Under the pieces are notes generated by a model. It worked only from the letters and a program-made list of their open reading frames with translations, ran no database searches and was not told the origin of the DNA. DNA of 64,000 nt from a virus (lineage: Duplodnaviria > Caudoviricetes): IMG/VR virus record IMGVR_UViG_3300025401_000648. The stretch is one strand, 5' to 3'. The position numbers and the translations under genes were made by a program. Shown piece by piece: positions 37,682 through 44,477 of this stretch (the first letter of the stretch is position 1; each line of letters opens with the position of its first letter).

Positions 37682-37753
37682 CTAGGACTTTGGTGCTGTA
37701 GGACAGCTCTTAAGTCCGTTCCAGTGCCACTTGCGACAATGTGTACATTCCAT
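37682..37753 (-). CDS. 23-aa Cys/His microprotein (not in ORF track)
   Basis: MECTHCRKWHWNGLKSCPTAPKS; own promoter and AAGGAG RBS. Confidence 0.6.
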   Translation of the reverse strand: MECTHCRKWHWNGLKSCPTAPKS

Positions 37754-37779
37754 ATGTGCTCCTTAGTGTGTAAGTATGT

Positions 37780-37808
37780 ATTATACTGCCTTTTGGGCGC
37801 CTTGTCAA
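37780..37808 (-). promoter_or_regulatory. Early promoter cassette
   Basis: TTGACA-17-TATAAT. Confidence 0.85.
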
Positions 37809-37811
37809 CTA

Positions 37812-38021
37812 TTACAACCAGCAGTCGTCCGCATCTTCCACAGTCTCAGTCTGTCCCCCAATGTAGCCTCCCTGGAAGCCATTGGGGTTTTCCAAAACCA
37901 ATCGAGTGCGATTGAACCCGCCCTCTGTGATTCGCACAACGCGACCACTCTGTTCAATGTCTGCTTTGAACGACACCCAGTCGCCTACCCGTACTTCTTG
38001 TCCGTCAACGTAGGCTCTCAT
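37812..38021 (-). CDS. Early hypothetical protein (SH3-like)
   Basis: Start reassigned to ATG 38021; VRVGDWVSFK..IEQSGRV. Confidence 0.7.
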   Translation of the reverse strand: MRAYVDGQEVRVGDWVSFKADIEQSGRVVRITEGGFNRTRLVLENPNGFQGGYIGGQTETVEDADDCWL

Positions 38022-38022
38022 A

Positions 38023-38403
38023 TCAGCACTCCGGATCAAAGTCATGCCACTCTTGGGCCTCATCGGGTTGGCCATCGCTTTCGCAAAGCCCGTCAAACTC
38101 CATCAACTGCTCAAGCGCATCACGCACTCGCCCACTCTCCGAAGTGTAGAAAGTATACTCGCCCAATGTCGTGCGACCCTCGCCTTCTCGGATGTATTCA
38201 AAGCCACCGTAGTAGTCCAAGCGTGAGCCTGTGTATGACACAATAGTGTCTTCATCTACAAACAACCTTCCGCAACGGCTATCCAAGCCCAAGTGTTCAG
38301 CTGGCTCTTGTCGCAGGCCCTGCACGTGACGCTCCACTACCTCAGCGATAGCATCCAGCAGGTCTGGTGTTGAATCAAACTGTGTATCTGTAAAGTAACC
38401 CAT
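38023..38403 (-). CDS. Acidic early hypothetical protein
   Basis: Ends DGQPDEAQEWHDFDPEC; own promoter/RBS. Confidence 0.75.
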   Translation of the reverse strand: MGYFTDTQFDSTPDLLDAIAEVVERHVQGLRQEPAEHLGLDSRCGRLFVDEDTIVSYTGSRLDYYGGFEYIREGEGRTTLGEYTFYTSESGRVRDALEQLMEFDGLCESDGQPDEAQEWHDFDPEC

Positions 38404-38434
38404 TTCAGCTCCTAGTGTGTTAGTGTAAGTATGT

Positions 38435-38463
38435 ATTATAAGGCCTTTTTAGGGGCCTGTCAA
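38435..38463 (-). promoter_or_regulatory. Early promoter cassette
   Basis: TTGACA-17-TATAAT; AGGCC...GGCCT IR. Confidence 0.85.
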
Positions 38464-38466
38464 TGC

Positions 38467-38673
38467 CTAGCTACAAAATATTTCTTTGCTAAGGATCTTG
38501 TCCTCTACCAACTGATAGCAGGCATTTAGTGTGTAGGTCATGATCAAGTGTGCGTTGGCCCGCTGACTTCGGGGCAAGCTGTCAATCAAAGCCTGGATCT
38601 CGCCCAATGATGGGGAGGTGAAAAAATTGTTACGGGGAATGGGGTTCTGTACCACGTCGTATGTTCCGCTCAT
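38467..38673 (-). CDS. Early hypothetical protein
   Basis: Own promoter/RBS. Confidence 0.7.
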   Translation of the reverse strand: MSGTYDVVQNPIPRNNFFTSPSLGEIQALIDSLPRSQRANAHLIMTYTLNACYQLVEDKILSKEIFCS

Positions 38674-38702
38674 CGCATGCTCCTTAAAGTGTGTTAGTGT
38701 AT

Positions 38703-38731
38703 ATTATACTATCAATCTGCTAGTGTGTCAA
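38703..38731 (-). promoter_or_regulatory. Early promoter cassette
   Basis: TTGACA-17-TATAAT. Confidence 0.85.
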
Positions 38732-38855
38732 CTATTATTGTCTCAGTAAACTCGTCCTCAACACGCTCTAGTGCTACCTCTAGTGCCTCTGTTTCGTCTG
38801 TAGCTTCAACTTCAATCTCAAATTCTCTTGTAATTTGTACTAAAAATGTTTTCAT
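38712..38855 (-). CDS. 47-aa acidic microprotein (not in ORF track)
   Basis: MKTFLVQITREFEIEVEATDETEALEVALERVEDEFTETIIVDTLAD; AAGGAG RBS. Confidence 0.65.
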   Translation of the reverse strand: MKTFLVQITREFEIEVEATDETEALEVALERVEDEFTETIIVDTLAD

Positions 38856-38874
38856 CTTCGCTCCTTAAAAACTT

Positions 38875-38903
38875 ATTATAACGCATTCTGTCCAAAATGT
38901 CAA
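38875..38903 (-). promoter_or_regulatory. Early promoter cassette
   Basis: TTGACA-17-TATAAT. Confidence 0.85.
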
Positions 38904-38912
38904 ATGCGCTAT

Positions 38913-38930
38913 AAAAAGCCCTTACGGGCT
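38913..38930 (-). terminator. Intrinsic terminator
   Basis: AGCCC-GTAA-GGGCT followed by T run. Confidence 0.7.
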
Positions 38931-38949
38931 GTAGGGTTATTATATAACA

Positions 38950-39105
38950 TTAATCCACGTAGTAGTCAACCGTTTGCAATAGTGTGCTCATTGCGTTCTC
39001 TAACTCGTTAAAGCACTCCAGTTCCACTAGTTTCTCGCCATCGCATGTTGCTGTTAACAGCATAGCTTCCACTTCCGCTAGTTTAACAAGTATTGCATCT
39101 TTCAT
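38950..39105 (-). CDS. Early hypothetical protein
   Basis: Start reassigned to ATG 39105 after AAGGAG. Confidence 0.7.
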   Translation of the reverse strand: MKDAILVKLAEVEAMLLTATCDGEKLVELECFNELENAMSTLLQTVDYYVD

Positions 39106-39133
39106 TTGTGCTCCTTTTTTAGTGTATGTGTGT

Positions 39134-39162
39134 ATTATACTGCCAATCCGCCAGCGTGTCAA
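39134..39162 (-). promoter_or_regulatory. Early promoter (left arm of divergent pair)
   Basis: TTGACA-17-TATAAT. Confidence 0.85.
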
Positions 39163-39222
39163 CAAGTTTATTGTAAAGTTTTGTAAACCATGACTGTTGT
39201 GAAAATACAACACAAAAAACAG

Positions 39223-39251
39223 TTGACACAGAGCCAGTACTGCGCTATAAT
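39223..39251 (+). promoter_or_regulatory. Early promoter (right arm of divergent pair)
   Basis: TTGACA-17-TATAAT plus ACACACTTACACTAAAAGGAG leader. Confidence 0.85.
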
Positions 39252-39279
39252 ACACACTTACACTAAAAGGAGTACTAAA

Positions 39280-39519
39280 ATGGGTCAATACGCTAACACA
39301 GTAAACGCATACGCTATGTCCGCCGCTCGCGCAAAAGTATACACTATGCAAAACACGCTACAGAGCTACGGTCAGACCGCTTATATGCTAAATGTAAGCA
39401 CAGCCAAGTTCCGTAAGGACATCGAAGCTAAAAAAGTAAAATTTATTGCCCTATTGGAAAAAGAGCGTGTTGCGCAATTACAACAAGAGCTGGCACGTTT
39501 ACAAGCAAAAACTGCTTGA
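39280..39519 (+). CDS. Early hypothetical coiled-coil protein
   Basis: Start reassigned to ATG 39280 after AAGGAG. Confidence 0.7.
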   Translation: MGQYANTVNAYAMSAARAKVYTMQNTLQSYGQTAYMLNVSTAKFRKDIEAKKVKFIALLEKERVAQLQQELARLQAKTA

Positions 39520-39545
39520 CATCTCGCCCCGAAAGGGCGTATAAT
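39516..39545 (+). promoter_or_regulatory. Early promoter cassette
   Basis: TTGACA-18-TATAAT; spacer hairpin CGCCC-CGAAA-GGGCG. Confidence 0.8.
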
Positions 39546-39571
39546 ACACACTTAAACACTAAAGGAGCACT

Positions 39572-39796
39572 ATGTCAAAAGCACTTAACAAACGCATTGC
39601 CGACGCCTTCGCTACAATTTACGACCAGGGCGATAACGGACTAGAGTACATGGACGGCCACACTGCGCTGGACCCGGCTCTAATGGAGCACTTTTACAAT
39701 GACACAGTAGAGACACTGTCTAAAGCAGATCGCACCCGCATGGCCCTAATGTTGGAGACCATTGCCAGCGATATGGACATGGACTTAGAGTGTTAA
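39572..39796 (+). CDS. Early hypothetical protein
   Basis: Own promoter and AAGGAG RBS. Confidence 0.75.
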   Translation: MSKALNKRIADAFATIYDQGDNGLEYMDGHTALDPALMEHFYNDTVETLSKADRTRMALMLETIASDMDMDLEC

Positions 39797-39830
39797 AAGT
39801 GATGGGGACTAGGTCCCCTATACACTAGTA

Positions 39831-40010
39831 CAGCACGTGAGCAAGTATCTCCATGCTGTCCCGCCTCGCTTGTTCCTGCTGTGATCAAGCTCACCACTAG
39901 CCTTAACCTGTTAGAGTTTAGGTCACGAGTTCGGACTGTGTGCGCCGGATCTATGATCACTAGCTCAATGTGATTTAGCTGACCCGACGGACTCTAACCT
40001 CCTGATCAGC
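39831..40010 (-). ncRNA. Candidate structured ncRNA downstream of tRNA-Ile
   Basis: Nested helices 39878-89/40001-10, 39910-17/39991-98, 39921-25/39980-84, hairpin 39831-58; G.U pairs favour - strand. Confidence 0.55.
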
Positions 40011-40053
40011 ATCACACATCTTTATCCACTGGTCCTACGGTTTATCAAACATT

Positions 40054-40131
40054 TGGTGGGCCGTCTTGGAGTCGAACCAAGCACCAATGGATTATGAGTC
40101 CACTGCTCTAACCAACATGAGCTAACGGCCC
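40054..40131 (-). tRNA. trnI: tRNA-Ile2(CAT) (lysidine type; Met less likely)
   Basis: GGGCCGT acceptor stem, GTGGA-CTCATAA-TCCAT anticodon arm, A73-CCA; resembles bacterial Ile2 rather than fMet/Met. Confidence 0.85.
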
Positions 40132-40690
40132 TATATACACTCTATACACTCTATACAGCGGGGTTTTTCTTGCATGCAAGAACTTAGACTACGAGCTCCT
40201 GTTGCTGAATCCACTATATACAGTGTGTATTAGTATCTTAGTCTATGTACTTATTATACACGGACGCCACGGTGTGAGCAATCAGGAAGTTGTTGACACC
40301 GTTGTACACACGCAACACTAGGGTAAAATAATGGTAGAAAAATTGTGAAGAAAACACGAGAAATCCCAGTCTAATCCTGGTGTGAAAATGGTGAGAAATG
40401 GTGGAGAATCATGGTGTTCTAGCGGGGTTTTTGGTGTGAAACAGTGCCTAAACTAGGGATTTTTGGCTAAAATTTTTTTGGATGGGTGGAGTCACCGTCG
40501 GCTATAGTCAAATGGTCCGTTGAAGATTCAGTCAAAATCCGTTGAAGATTCACCAGTTCTTCACCAATTCTTCAGTCTGAATCCCGTCACAATCTTCACC
40601 AAGTTTCTACCCGTTCTTCAACTGCTTACAGCGGGGTTTTCACACTGGATGATGCTGTCCGCGCTGAGTTCGTACAGCGGGGTTTTTACG
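40130..40690. repeat. Non-coding repeat-rich region (origin candidate)
   Basis: AGCGGGGTTTT x4 (40157, 40421, 40630, 40677), TATACACTC tandem, TGGTG..GAA tracts inverted against TTCTTCACCA tracts. Confidence 0.6.
40253..40281 (-). promoter_or_regulatory. Promoter for tRNA-Ile transcript
   Basis: TTGCTC-17-TATAAT. Confidence 0.6.
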
Positions 40691-41279
40691 CCACTACTTC
40701 AAACAGTGTGTTCACGTGTTGAAGTCTGATATCACGTTCCTGCAGGCTATTACTAATAGCCATGCGTTCGAATGTGGGTACTTCGTAGGTCCAAAGATTG
40801 TTGACGTTATCCTGTCGACGTGCGATTCTATTAGGCGTTCCATCTGGGCTGAATGGAATTTCCAAATTACCCCGGTCTGTAGTAATATGCTCATACTCAC
40901 ATCGGGGAATAATAAACCAATAAAACTGGTTGGGTCCTAGATGATTGCCACGTCGATTTAGAATCTGTACTCTGAGATCACCAGTCTTGTTATGTAATCC
41001 CGATATGTTAGCTCCATAGCTCTTGCCCTTGCTGTGTCCACGACAAGTAGCGTATTTGACTTCACTACCATCGCGGATATCCCAACCCTTTTGACTGTCA
41101 TGCCACCATCCACTGAGGTTAGCCACTGCCAACTCCATGAGAGTACTTACTTGTAGTCCGCCCAATTTAGCCAGCAGGGTTACAGTTTTTGGATCCATAG
41201 ACTCACCCCCGGGAATATATCTACGGAACTGTTCAAAGTGTAGGCATTCCTGTTCAGTGGCTGATTTAATTGTGCTCAT
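40686..41279 (-). CDS. Hypothetical protein
   Basis: 197-aa ORF; no confident motif. Confidence 0.65.
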   Translation of the reverse strand: MSTIKSATEQECLHFEQFRRYIPGGESMDPKTVTLLAKLGGLQVSTLMELAVANLSGWWHDSQKGWDIRDGSEVKYATCRGHSKGKSYGANISGLHNKTGDLRVQILNRRGNHLGPNQFYWFIIPRCEYEHITTDRGNLEIPFSPDGTPNRIARRQDNVNNLWTYEVPTFERMAISNSLQERDIRLQHVNTLFEVVA

Positions 41280-41305
41280 GGTTCTCTCTCCGATCTTGTG
41301 AGGGT

Positions 41306-41503
41306 TTATTTTGTAAATCTTGGCATACCTGCCTCAGTGCCTGCATATTGGAAATTATCCAGTAGGGGCACCAGCCGGGCCATGGCCGTGGCATTGTGTC
41401 GTTCTATTACTCGATGCTCGCCATCAATCAACATGTAATACAAATTAGTTGTACCTTCGTCAACCTGCGGCCCAAAAATATATTCCAAATCTTCTAATAT
41501 CAT
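41306..41503 (-). CDS. Hypothetical protein
   Basis: ATGA overlap with upstream gene. Confidence 0.65.
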   Translation of the reverse strand: MILEDLEYIFGPQVDEGTTNLYYMLIDGEHRVIERHNATAMARLVPLLDNFQYAGTEAGMPRFTK

Positions 41504-41745
41504 AGTTCAACTCCAAAATGTTGTTTAATCGCTTGTGTGCCCTTGCGTTTCATACTGCCTTGATATGGCACCATTTCTTTCCAAGTATCTACTTCTGCTT
41601 CAAACGATTGAGCACATTCTCTCACAATCAACTCGGCGAACTTTTCTGAAAATTGTAGCAAGCCTTCATATGTCATGGTGTCCCAGGTGTGACTGAATTC
41701 GCTATCTAGTGTCTTTCCCATAAGGGCTTTAATTCGTTCGTTCAT
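41500..41745 (-). CDS. MNERI...FAELIVREC...HFGVE family paralog 1
   Basis: Shared motifs; start reassigned to ATG 41745. Confidence 0.75.
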   Translation of the reverse strand: MNERIKALMGKTLDSEFSHTWDTMTYEGLLQFSEKFAELIVRECAQSFEAEVDTWKEMVPYQGSMKRKGTQAIKQHFGVEL

Positions 41746-41900
41746 AACCCTATCTGCTTTCCGAATAAACAATACACCTCAAACCATCGTGTGGGTGGAT
41801 TCTCAATGAAGTAAGGATTCACACGGAATGTGATTTCCCAATCTCTTGACCACTGAAAATGTCTAGTGCCAAATCTAATATTAAACCAAAGATTGCTCAT
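41742..41900 (-). CDS. 52-aa Trp/Phe-rich protein (not in ORF track)
   Basis: MSNLWFNIRFGTRHFQW...; ATGA overlaps on both ends. Confidence 0.6.
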   Translation of the reverse strand: MSNLWFNIRFGTRHFQWSRDWEITFRVNPYFIENPPTRWFEVYCLFGKQIGL

Positions 41901-42112
41901 TCTTCAACTCCGAAATGTTCTTTTACAAATTTACCAATGCTTTGCCATTTTTCTCTAGTAGCATCAGCATTGTCGGCAACCTCGGCACATTCCCGAACGA
42001 TCAACTCGGCGAACTTTTCTAATTCGTCATTATCAAATACAGTTAGTCCATCATTGTCATTATCAGGATGTTTAAGAGCCTGTAGGGCAAGTTGTTTGGC
42101 TTGCTCATTCAT
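41897..42112 (-). CDS. MNERI family paralog 2
   Basis: KFAELIVRECA...KEHFGVEE. Confidence 0.75.
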   Translation of the reverse strand: MNEQAKQLALQALKHPDNDNDGLTVFDNDELEKFAELIVRECAEVADNADATREKWQSIGKFVKEHFGVEE

Positions 42113-42315
42113 TATTTGACTCCAAAATTTGGATAGTATTCCACAACCTGTTTGATAATAACTGAACCATTTGATTCAACACAGCGGCACACCCGCCCGG
42201 TAGAAGGAAATTTCCTACTTACCCAGTCTGGTTGAACGGTCTCCTGTTCATCAATTTCAAATGACGCATAATACGCCAGCAAATCTTTTTCTTCCGATTC
42301 TGTTAGTTTAATCAT
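42112..42315 (-). CDS. Unrelated ORF flanked by 20-bp direct repeats
   Basis: Ends FGVK like the family; repeats at 42109-42128 and 42312-42331. Confidence 0.65.
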   Translation of the reverse strand: MIKLTESEEKDLLAYYASFEIDEQETVQPDWVSRKFPSTGRVCRCVESNGSVIIKQVVEYYPNFGVK

Positions 42316-42539
42316 TATTTGACTCCAAAATGTTCTTTAATCGTTCTCACACAACCATTAGCGGCACTACGAACATCATTCAAGCGACTGTCATTGGCAA
42401 TAGCATTAGCACATTCTCTCACAAGCAACTCGGCGAATTTTTCTATATCTTCATTAGATTCAACCCAATAGTAACTGTAATCTTTTTGTGATAGAGATAA
42501 GCCAGCCTGTTCAGCAAGTTCTTTAATTCGTTCGTTCAT
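42315..42539 (-). CDS. MNERI family paralog 3
   Basis: KFAELLVRECA...KEHFGVK. Confidence 0.75.
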   Translation of the reverse strand: MNERIKELAEQAGLSLSQKDYSYYWVESNEDIEKFAELLVRECANAIANDSRLNDVRSAANGCVRTIKEHFGVK

Positions 42540-42711
42540 CTTTTGTTTTCTTAATGAATAGTTGCGTACCAGCAGGAAGATTCTTAAACATCATGGGCAC
42601 AGTTCGTTCGTCAGATTGATCGGTATGGACTGTATGCCCGTCCCATAATTGTCTAACTTGGGGGAACTTTTCTGTTCCTATCACTCCTGCTATTTCAAAT
42701 TCTTCGTTCAT
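42523..42711 (-). CDS. Hypothetical protein inside paralog array
   Basis: 62 aa; 3' end reads through ATGAACGAACGAATT of next gene. Confidence 0.6.
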   Translation of the reverse strand: MNEEFEIAGVIGTEKFPQVRQLWDGHTVHTDQSDERTVPMMFKNLPAGTQLFIKKTKDERTN

Positions 42712-42917
42712 TCTCCAACTCCGAAATGTTTTTTTATATAATCCGCCGCAATAACAGGAGTGTGCCCGTGTTCGTTTTCAATTTCTACATACACATTTGG
42801 AAATAATCCAGCACATTCCCGAACAATCAACTCGGCGAATGTTTCTAGTAGGTCGCCGCCCTCTTCATAGTGAATTATTCCTGCTTCTAGTATTAATTCC
42901 TGAATTCGTTCGTTCAT
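42708..42917 (-). CDS. MNERI family paralog 4
   Basis: TFAELIVRECA...KKHFGVGE. Confidence 0.75.
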   Translation of the reverse strand: MNERIQELILEAGIIHYEEGGDLLETFAELIVRECAGLFPNVYVEIENEHGHTPVIAADYIKKHFGVGE

Positions 42918-43126
42918 TGTTCAACTCCGAAATGTTGTTGGATTCTGCGGGCGAGGATTCCCACCAGCTGGGGAGGTTCTGCTTGGGGTGGATTGGTCTT
43001 TACCCCAGTTACCACCTGTTCCACGCACGCCGCCACAACCAGTTCAGCTAGCCTTTGGGCACGTCCTGCCATTTCAGGTGCCGCATAGCCTGCTTGAAGC
43101 ATCAACTGTCTTAATCTAGGGTTCAT
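42914..43126 (-). CDS. MNERI family paralog 5 (divergent)
   Basis: MNPRLRQL..QAG..LAELVV..C..HFGVEQ. Confidence 0.7.
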   Translation of the reverse strand: MNPRLRQLMLQAGYAAPEMAGRAQRLAELVVAACVEQVVTGVKTNPPQAEPPQLVGILARRIQQHFGVEQ

Positions 43127-43165
43127 CGGGGCCTTTCTTTCTCTATATATGTGTGTAAAAACTAT

Positions 43166-43194
43166 ATTATACAGTGAGCTAGGGCCTTTGTCAA
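43166..43194 (-). promoter_or_regulatory. Early promoter heading paralog array
   Basis: TTGACA-17-TATAAT. Confidence 0.85.
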
Positions 43195-43255
43195 TCTGCT
43201 CAATGTTGTCACAACTCAGTCAACACAATGGGGTATTAGGGCGTTATTAGTGTAT

Positions 43256-43396
43256 ATGAGCCTATTTCTACTACAGATAAGGGAATTACTTTCAAGGGGT
43301 TTGGATCCCTTGGAAATAGCACACAGGCTACACTTGGATCCTGATCTAGTAGTTCGTTGTATAGATTTGATCACATCAGCTAGGGATCTAGTCTAA
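43256..43396 (+). CDS. 46-aa HTH-like protein (not in ORF track)
   Basis: MSLFLLQIRELLSRGLDPLEIAHRLHLDPDLVVRCIDLITSARDLV. Confidence 0.45.
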   Translation: MSLFLLQIRELLSRGLDPLEIAHRLHLDPDLVVRCIDLITSARDLV

Positions 43397-43427
43397 AATC
43401 TGCGCTTCGCGCCGGACTTCTCAGGGC

Positions 43428-43649
43428 TTATACTTGGCCCCACTTCAATAAAAACATGGTATAGAGTCTACGGGTCATTGTGACTTGACTGGTCTTGGCT
43501 TCATACTGCCATTCCTCACGATTTTGGCCCAGTAGCCATGTCAGTATCTGATCACTCTTGGTTGAGATACAGGCGCCCCTATCGTGGTCCATGTTGGTCT
43601 TGGTGAGTTTTTGCCAAATCACTGGGGTCTTGGGCTCATGAGGAATCAT
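43428..43649 (-). CDS. Hypothetical protein
   Basis: TAAATA (43654-43659) 4 nt upstream. Confidence 0.6.
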   Translation of the reverse strand: MIPHEPKTPVIWQKLTKTNMDHDRGACISTKSDQILTWLLGQNREEWQYEAKTSQVTMTRRLYTMFLLKWGQV

Positions 43650-43680
43650 CGCTTATTTAACATAAGGTAAATACATGACT

Positions 43681-44457
43681 ATGACTTTACCTGCATCAGG
43701 CTCACCCATTAGTTTTAGCCAAGTTGACGTTGAATTGGGCTATACCTCATCCAACCCCTTGAGTTTGAGTTCGGCTCGACAGCTCAGTGGCGACATCACG
43801 GGTGCTATACACATGAGCGACCTCTATGGTAAAAGCTCATTTGCCCCAAGATATTTTACCTCCAGTACCACTTGGACCAGCACACAGACACTGGCATTGA
43901 AGGTTCTGTCTGTGAGTGGTGGCGCTGGTGGAGGCACGGGCGCAGGAGCAGGCGGGGGCGGTGCTGGTGAAGCTGTGACTTCCAGCACATTCCAAGTACA
44001 GACTGGGGACACTTTGATAATCACAGTGGGCCTGGGCGGCGGCATAGCTTCAAGAGGTCAAACCACCACAGTGGTCAACTCACGCACAGGTGAAACAGTC
44101 ACTGGCGTATCGGGCTATCCAGGACAAGCATCACATAGTGGGGTGGGTGGTACGGGTGGTATCACCATCAGCCCCACAGGACAGACATTCTATGGTGGCA
44201 CAGGATCTGCCGCTGGAGCAGGTGGCGGGGGTTCAGGCGCCGCTGGCGCTGGTCTCCCGGCGTTTGGCACTATACCTGGCTCAGGCACTGCCGCTCTAGC
44301 CATACACATCAATTCAACCACAACCATTTATGTGAGTGCGGGTGGATCAGGACTAGCACCTGGAGTCGGCGTGGGCTCAGCAGGCTTGGATAACACTGGA
44401 TCGGGTGGCGATGGCAACAGCCCAGGCGCTTCGGGTCTAGTGGTTCTTTATACATAA
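43681..44457 (+). CDS. Gly-rich virion/tail-fibre-associated protein
   Basis: MTLPASGSPISFSQVDVELG N-terminus, GGAGGG repeats; TAAATA 43668-43673. Confidence 0.7.
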   Translation: MTLPASGSPISFSQVDVELGYTSSNPLSLSSARQLSGDITGAIHMSDLYGKSSFAPRYFTSSTTWTSTQTLALKVLSVSGGAGGGTGAGAGGGGAGEAVTSSTFQVQTGDTLIITVGLGGGIASRGQTTTVVNSRTGETVTGVSGYPGQASHSGVGGTGGITISPTGQTFYGGTGSAAGAGGGGSGAAGAGLPAFGTIPGSGTAALAIHINSTTTIYVSAGGSGLAPGVGVGSAGLDNTGSGGDGNSPGASGLVVLYT

Positions 44458-44477
44458 TACGAGAGTAACAAAGAGAT

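Noticed and set aside
29759-39545. CRISPR array suggested by recurring GTGTGTAAGT repeats
   Set aside because: Repeats are degenerate and separated by whole ORFs of variable length; they are promoter leaders, and no cas genes are present
37260-40053. HDV-like theta ribozymes at tRNA 3' ends
   Set aside because: Sequences after both CCA ends (TGTTTTTTT; AATGTTTGA) lack the G-initiated P1/pseudoknot pattern
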